From: Gammaproteobacteria bacterium | Lineage (GTDB): Bacteria; Pseudomonadota; Gammaproteobacteria; SZUA-140 | DNA: 64,000 nucleotides | Direction: 5' to 3' | Assembly: GCA_026982565.1 (NCBI GenBank) | Contig: JALSGV010000201.1 | Location: 27,658 to 91,657 of the forward strand | Shown: positions 59,071 to 64,000 of the stretch, piece after piece | How positions within the stretch are numbered: the first letter of the stretch is position 1 | Layout of the letters: every line of letters starts with the position of its first letter | Program-made: the position numbers and the translations under genes | Notes under the pieces: generated by a model | Told to the model about the DNA's origin: nothing | Databases searched by the model: none | Seen by the model: the letters and a program-made list of their open reading frames with translations, nothing else

Positions 59071-60087
59071 CTACAGATCACGGCCCAGCACGGCGGCGAT
59101 ACCCTGCAGTTCCCCCATCAGGGCGGCCAGTTCCTCCGGGCTCAGGGCCTGGTCTGCATCGGACCAGGCCTGCTCTGGAACAGGATGCATCTCAACCAGC
59201 AACCCATCGGCGCCCGCCGCGACTGCGGCCCTCGACAAGGCAGGCACCATCCATGACTTGCCGCCCGCGTGACTGGGATCGATGATCACCGGCATATGGG
59301 TCTCCCGCTTGAGCACGGGAATCGCGGTGACATCCAGCATGTTACGGTAGGCATCCTCATAGGTGCGCACGCCACGCTCGCAGAAAATGATATTGTGGTT
59401 ACCGCCCGCCGCAATATATTCCGCCGCCATCAGCCACTCACTGATGGTGGCTGAGAGACCGCGCTTGAGTATGACCGGCGTGTGGGTGCGCCCCACCTCC
59501 TTCAGCAGGTCGAAATTCTGCATGTTGCGGGTGCCGATCTGGATCACGTCCACCTCATGGGACAGGAAAGTATCCAGCATGCGCACATCCATGAGTTCAG
59601 TGACGATGGGAAGATTGTACTCCCCGGCCGCCGCCCTGAACATCTCCAGCCCTTCCACGCCCAGGCCCTGAAAGGCATAGGGGCTGGTGCGTGGCTTGAA
59701 GGCGCCGGCGCGCATCATGCGGCAACCCGCCGCGGCAACCCCTTGCGCGGCAGCCCGCATCTGTTCCTCAGTCTCCACCGAACAGGGGCCGGCGATGACC
59801 TGCAGGGTCTTGCCGCCGATAACGATATCACCTACTTTGACGGTACTGTCTCTCTCGTGGCTCTCGCGCGCAACGATTTTGTAGGGCTTCATGACGCGCA
59901 CGACCTTTTCCACGCCATGCAGCGCCTCCAAAGACTCGACGTCGATCACCCGCTCATCGCCGATGGCGCCGACCACGGTGCGTTCGATGCCCCGCGAGAC
60001 ATGAGGCTGCATCCCCATGGTTTGCAACTTTTCCTCCACCGCCTGAACCTGTTCATCGGTGACATGTGATTGCATGACGATAATCAT
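59071..60087 (-). CDS. 3-deoxy-D-arabino-heptulosonate-7-phosphate synthase, class I-beta type with about 70-aa N-terminal regulatory extension
   Basis: IAGPCSVETEEQ…GAFKPRTSPYAFQGLG are DAHPS-I-beta/KDO8PS-family motifs. Its context among aromatic amino-acid genes favours DAHPS. Confidence 0.8.
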   Translation of the reverse strand: MIIVMQSHVTDEQVQAVEEKLQTMGMQPHVSRGIERTVVGAIGDERVIDVESLEALHGVEKVVRVMKPYKIVARESHERDSTVKVGDIVIGGKTLQVIAGPCSVETEEQMRAAAQGVAAAGCRMMRAGAFKPRTSPYAFQGLGVEGLEMFRAAAGEYNLPIVTELMDVRMLDTFLSHEVDVIQIGTRNMQNFDLLKEVGRTHTPVILKRGLSATISEWLMAAEYIAAGGNHNIIFCERGVRTYEDAYRNMLDVTAIPVLKRETHMPVIIDPSHAGGKSWMVPALSRAAVAAGADGLLVEMHPVPEQAWSDADQALSPEELAALMGELQGIAAVLGRDL

Positions 60088-60127
60088 GTGTTTCTCATAC
60101 CTGCTATTGTTTCAGAATCTTTCAATC

Positions 60128-60200
60128 ATACCCCCTCTCCCCCTGGAGGGTGCCGCAAAAGCTCCTCTCCCCAGGAAGTTGGGGTGAGGGGCATCCCGCC
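60128..60200. repeat. REP-like intergenic repeat (same family)
   Basis: ccccctctccccctggagggtgccgcaaaagctcctctccccaggaagttggggtgagggg. Confidence 0.55.
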
Positions 60201-60209
60201 CTTCACGGA

Positions 60210-61316
60210 CTACAAGACGGCACAGGGGTAAGACCCCAACACCTTCACCATGGCCGCCTCCGCTTCGAAGTCCCGCAGGGCCGCCGCCACATTGGCATCG
60301 TCGATATGGCCTTCGATGTCGATGAAAAAGACATATTCCCAAATGCCCTGCCGCGAAGGCCGGGATTCGATGCGCGTCATGCTGATGTTGTGCGTGGACA
60401 GGGGCTTCAGCAAGCGATAGAGGGCGCCGGGCTTGTTGGCCGCGGAAACCAGCAGGGAAGTCTTGTCCTTGCCACTGGATGACGGCATCTGGCGTCCAAT
60501 GACGAGAAAGCGGGTCGTATTGTCCGGCTTGTCCTCGATATTGGCCGCCAGTTTGTTTAACTGATAGATTTCGGCGGCGGTTTCACTGGCGATGGCTGCG
60601 GCGCCTTCCTCCCCGGCCGCCCTTCTCGCGGCCTCAGCATTACTGTTGACCGACACCCTCTCGATGCGGGCAGCATGCTCATCCAGCCACTCGCGGCACT
60701 GGGCCAATGCCATCTGGTGGCCATAGATGCATTCGATCCTATCGATGCCGCCGGCCTTCGACAGCAGGCAGTGATGGATGCGCAACTCGATCTCGCTGCA
60801 GATCTTGAGCGGCGAGAACATGAACATATCCAGTGTATGATCGACGGCGCCCTCGCTGGAATTTTCGATGGGCACCACGCCATAGTGAGCCGCATTGGCC
60901 TCTACATCGCGAAAGACCTCATCGATAGAGCCATGGGGAACGGTCGCCGCGGCATGGCCAAAATGCTTGATGGCCGCGGCCTGGGTATGGGTGCCCTCCG
61001 GACCCAGATAGGCCACTTTCATGGGATGCTGCAGCGACAGGCAGGCCGACATGATTTCCCGAAACAGGCGCGCCACGGCTTCGTCTGGCAAAGGCCCCTG
61101 GTTGCGCTGAACCACCTTGCGCAGAATTTGCGCCTCTCGCTCCGGGCGGTAATATTCGGAGGTATCCTCCGCGACCTCCTTGTGACGGGCGACTTCCTGC
61201 GCGCAGCGTGCGCGATCGGCGATCAGGTCCTGCAGTTGCTGGTCGATCTGGTCGATGCGTGAGCGGATTTTCCGCAGTTTCTTTTCGTCTGTCATGCCCG
61301 TATGGTGTCCATTCAC
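60210..61316 (-). CDS. pheA: bifunctional chorismate mutase / prephenate dehydratase
   Basis: N-terminal CM domain (LRKIRSRIDQIDQQLQDLIADRARCAQEV). PDT domain (KVAYLGPEGTHTQ…TRF.V.). C-terminal ACT domain. Confidence 0.9.
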   Translation of the reverse strand: MNGHHTGMTDEKKLRKIRSRIDQIDQQLQDLIADRARCAQEVARHKEVAEDTSEYYRPEREAQILRKVVQRNQGPLPDEAVARLFREIMSACLSLQHPMKVAYLGPEGTHTQAAAIKHFGHAAATVPHGSIDEVFRDVEANAAHYGVVPIENSSEGAVDHTLDMFMFSPLKICSEIELRIHHCLLSKAGGIDRIECIYGHQMALAQCREWLDEHAARIERVSVNSNAEAARRAAGEEGAAAIASETAAEIYQLNKLAANIEDKPDNTTRFLVIGRQMPSSSGKDKTSLLVSAANKPGALYRLLKPLSTHNISMTRIESRPSRQGIWEYVFFIDIEGHIDDANVAAALRDFEAEAAMVKVLGSYPCAVL

Positions 61317-61324
61317 AGGGAATA

Positions 61325-62488
61325 TCAGAGAACCCGGACATTCAGGACGCCATCGATATTCCTGATTCCTTCGACCACGTCTTCCGGGATCTCCTTATCC
61401 ACGTCAGCCAGGGTATAGGCCAGATCGCCACGCGACTTGTTCAACATGTCGATGATATTGAGTTCTGCCCGGGCCATGAGCGTGGAGATCTGTCCCACCA
61501 TATTGGGCACGTTGGAATTGGCAATGGCGATGCGGAAACCCTCCGTGCGCGGCATATAGACCTCGGGAAAATTGACGGCATTGTGGATATTGCCATTTTC
61601 CAGATAGTCCCTGACCTGTTCCGCCACCATGATGGCGCAGTTGTCCTCCGCCTCTTTGGTGGACGCCCCCAAATGCGGCAGGGTAATCACCCGCTCATGG
61701 TTCTTCAGAAGGTTATTGGTGAAATCGCAGACATAGGCATAGATCCGGCCATCCTTGATGGCCTGACAGACGACCTCGTCATCCACAATCCCGTCGCGCG
61801 CGAAATTGAGGATCACCGCTCCTTTTTTCATGGCCTTGACGCGTTCGGCGTTGATCATGTGCCGGGTGGTATCAACCAGTGGTACATGGAAAGTCACAAA
61901 GTCCGACCGCGAAAGCAGGTCTTCCACGCTGGAGGCCTGCTGTACCTCGGAAGAAAGTTTCCAGGCGCTCTGCACGGTGATCTCAGGATCGAAGCCCACC
62001 ACGTTCATACCCAGCTTCAGGGCCACATTGGCCACCTGGATGCCGATGGCGCCCAGGCCGATGACACCCAGGGTTCGCCCGGGCAGCTCGAAACCGACGA
62101 ATTGTTTCTTGCCCTTCTCCGCCTGGCTGTGGATCGTCTTGTCGTCACCTTCCAGCTTGCGCGCAAACTCCCATGCCTGGCAGATGTTGCGGCACGCCAG
62201 CAGCATGCCTGCCACCACCAGTTCCTTGACGGCGTTGGCGTTGGCCCCCGGCGCATTGAAGACGGGAATACCCCGCTCGTTCATGTCCGCAACGGGAATA
62301 TTATTCACCCCCGCACCGGCCCTTCCTACCGCCTGCAGGGTATCCGGTATTTCCATGCCATGCATGTTGAAGGAGCGCAGCAGGATGGCATCGGGATGCT
62401 GGATCTCCGAGGCCACCTCGTAGTCGTCTCGGGGCAGTCGCTCCAGTCCGGCAACGGAGATATTGTTCAGTGTGAGAATCTTGTACAT
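61325..62488 (-). CDS. serA: D-3-phosphoglycerate dehydrogenase
   Basis: 2-hydroxyacid dehydrogenase NAD-binding motif GVIGLGAIGIQVA. C-terminal ACT-like domain. 387 aa. Confidence 0.9.
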   Translation of the reverse strand: MYKILTLNNISVAGLERLPRDDYEVASEIQHPDAILLRSFNMHGMEIPDTLQAVGRAGAGVNNIPVADMNERGIPVFNAPGANANAVKELVVAGMLLACRNICQAWEFARKLEGDDKTIHSQAEKGKKQFVGFELPGRTLGVIGLGAIGIQVANVALKLGMNVVGFDPEITVQSAWKLSSEVQQASSVEDLLSRSDFVTFHVPLVDTTRHMINAERVKAMKKGAVILNFARDGIVDDEVVCQAIKDGRIYAYVCDFTNNLLKNHERVITLPHLGASTKEAEDNCAIMVAEQVRDYLENGNIHNAVNFPEVYMPRTEGFRIAIANSNVPNMVGQISTLMARAELNIIDMLNKSRGDLAYTLADVDKEIPEDVVEGIRNIDGVLNVRVL

Positions 62489-62554
62489 ATCAATAAATCA
62501 CCCTAATCCAGTAGATGTCAATCAGGTAGCGCCGCGCCTCGGGCTGTTCCGGGA

Positions 62555-63637
62555 TTATCCGTGACGCTGCTCGAAATCACGCATGAAACTCACCAGGGCG
62601 TCCACGCCCTCTTCCGGCATGGCATTGTAGATACTGGCGCGCATCCCCCCCACGGAGCGGTGCCCTTTCAGGGTCAGCAGGCCAGCCGCCTTGGCCTCCT
62701 CCAGGAAGACGCCATCAAGCCCCGGATCCGACAGGGTGAAGGGAACGTTCATCCACGAACGACTCTCCGTATCGACAGGGTTGTGATAGAAGCCTGAATC
62801 GTCGATGAGATCATAGAGCTTGCCGGCCTTGCGCCGGTTGATCTCCGCCATGGCCTGCAGGCCGCCGCGCTGTTTCAGCCACTCGAACACCAGTCCCGCC
62901 AGATACCAGCTATAAGTCGGCGGTGTGTTGTACATGGAATCGCTGTCGGCCAGGACCTGATAGTCGAACAGGGTGGGTGCGCCGGGAAGGACTTCACCCA
63001 TGAGATCTTCGCGCACGATCACCACGGTCAGGCCCGCAGGGCCGATGTTTTTCTGCGCGCCGGCATAGATCACGCCGTAACGGGACACATCCAGGGGACG
63101 GGACAACAGGGTGGACGACATATCGGCCACCAGCGGCACATCACCCGTCTCGGGCACCCAGTGGAACTCCACCCCGCCGATGGTTTCGTTGGGTGTGTAG
63201 TGCAGGTAAGCGGCATCGGGGTCCGTCCGCCAGCCGGCCTGGTCTGGAATCGAGGTGAACTCGCCGTCCTCCGAGGTGGCGGCGACATTGACGTCACAGA
63301 AGCGCCTGGCCTCCGCGATCGCCTTTTTAGACCATTGCCCGGTGTTGACGTAGTCCGCTTTGCCCTTGCCACGCAGCAGGTTCATGGGCACCATGGCGAA
63401 CTGGGCGCTGGCGCCTCCCTGCAGGAACAGCACCTTGTAGTTTGCGGGAATGGCCAGCAGCTCGCGCAGGTCTTCCTCCGCCTTGCCGGCGATGGACATG
63501 AACTCCTTGCCGCGATGGCTCATTTCCATGACGGACATACCACTGCCCCGCCAATCCAGCATTTCCTCCCTGGCCTGTGTGAGTACGGCTTCCGGCATCA
63601 TGGCCGGTCCTGCGCTGAAATTGTAGACGCGTGACAT
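62555..63637 (-). CDS. serC: phosphoserine aminotransferase
   Basis: [19 protein letters not shown]… is the canonical SerC N-terminus. 360 aa. Confidence 0.95.
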   Translation of the reverse strand: MSRVYNFSAGPAMMPEAVLTQAREEMLDWRGSGMSVMEMSHRGKEFMSIAGKAEEDLRELLAIPANYKVLFLQGGASAQFAMVPMNLLRGKGKADYVNTGQWSKKAIAEARRFCDVNVAATSEDGEFTSIPDQAGWRTDPDAAYLHYTPNETIGGVEFHWVPETGDVPLVADMSSTLLSRPLDVSRYGVIYAGAQKNIGPAGLTVVIVREDLMGEVLPGAPTLFDYQVLADSDSMYNTPPTYSWYLAGLVFEWLKQRGGLQAMAEINRRKAGKLYDLIDDSGFYHNPVDTESRSWMNVPFTLSDPGLDGVFLEEAKAAGLLTLKGHRSVGGMRASIYNAMPEEGVDALVSFMRDFEQRHG

Positions 63638-63660
63638 TATTCGTTTTCCACCTCGCAGAC

Positions 63661-64000
63661 TTAGGTTGATATTTCTTCAGGTTCCTCGATGCTTTCCAGC
63701 CTGTCCAGGCCCACCACCCGTTCGCCGTTGCTCAACCTGATGAGGCGCACGCCCTGCGTATTGCGGCCCTGTACGGATACTTCATCGACACGGGTGCGCA
63801 CCAGGGTGCCGCCATTGGTGATCAACATGATCTCGTCGCCCTGATTGACCAGCTCGGCGCCGACGACGTCGCCATTGCGTTCTGAGGTCTGTATGGTGAT
63901 GACGCCCTGGCCGCCCCGCCCCTTGACGGGGTATTCATCGACGGGGGTGCGCTTGCCGAACCCCTTCTCTGTGACGGTCAACACATAACCTTCACGGGCG
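63661..64000 (-). CDS. gyrA: DNA gyrase subunit A, C-terminal end only (gene continues beyond window)
   Basis: …[61 protein letters not shown]… is a GyrA C-terminal beta-pinwheel blade. The frame is open to the window end. Confidence 0.85.
   Translation of the reverse strand, partial: AREGYVLTVTEKGFGKRTPVDEYPVKGRGGQGVITIQTSERNGDVVGAELVNQGDEIMLITNGGTLVRTRVDEVSVQGRNTQGVRLIRLSNGERVVGLDRLESIEEPEEIST

Noticed and set aside
61208-62506. 432-aa plus-strand ORF opposite serA
   Set aside because: Antisense shadow of serA.

Overview
This is a 64-kb window of high-GC (about 60%) proteobacterial chromosome, with a gammaproteobacterium-like gene order. Nearly all genes are on the minus strand. Apart from a low-GC core (about 22.0-39.8 kb) and a low-GC patch (45.5-46.1 kb), base composition is uniform. 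I saw no rRNA, tRNA, CRISPR array or transposase gene.

The window has three parts.

(1) 1-18.7 kb is an envelope and signalling neighbourhood: a lolC/E-type permease fragment, a J-domain-PilZ fusion, a DUF481 outer-membrane protein, a YqiB homologue, a FadL-like transporter, a split YeeE/YedE pair, stomatin with NfeD, a PhoPQ-like two-component system, an AttH-like lipoprotein, a haem-c-sensor PAS-GGDEF-EAL protein, a YbbA/YbbP ABC transporter and galU.

(2) 18.8-51.8 kb is a complete Wzx/Wzy-dependent O-antigen/LPS locus. It runs from a WaaL-like ligase and wbpM/pglF through to wzz. The low-GC core (22.0-39.8 kb) carries pglE/D/C-like genes, two GT4 glycosyltransferases, a glutaminase-fused WbpG-like amidotransferase, Wzy, a three-gene modification cassette (deacetylase-like, FemAB-like, sulfotransferase), Wzx, WbpE/D/B-like genes and OafA. 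Embedded in the locus is a toxin-antitoxin island (YefM/YoeB, an MNT-HEPN-MNT triad, a lone MNT) with a 285-bp inverted-repeat-flanked MITE-like element. A second MNT/HEPN pair sits between gmd and fcl. A DASS permease plus cysC (the PAPS supply) lie in the same region.

(3) 52-64 kb is a conserved housekeeping block: comEA, pyrF, lapA, ihfB, rpsA, cmk, aroA, tyrA, a DAHP synthase, pheA, serA, serC and a partial gyrA.

A family of REP-like intergenic repeats recurs at four places.
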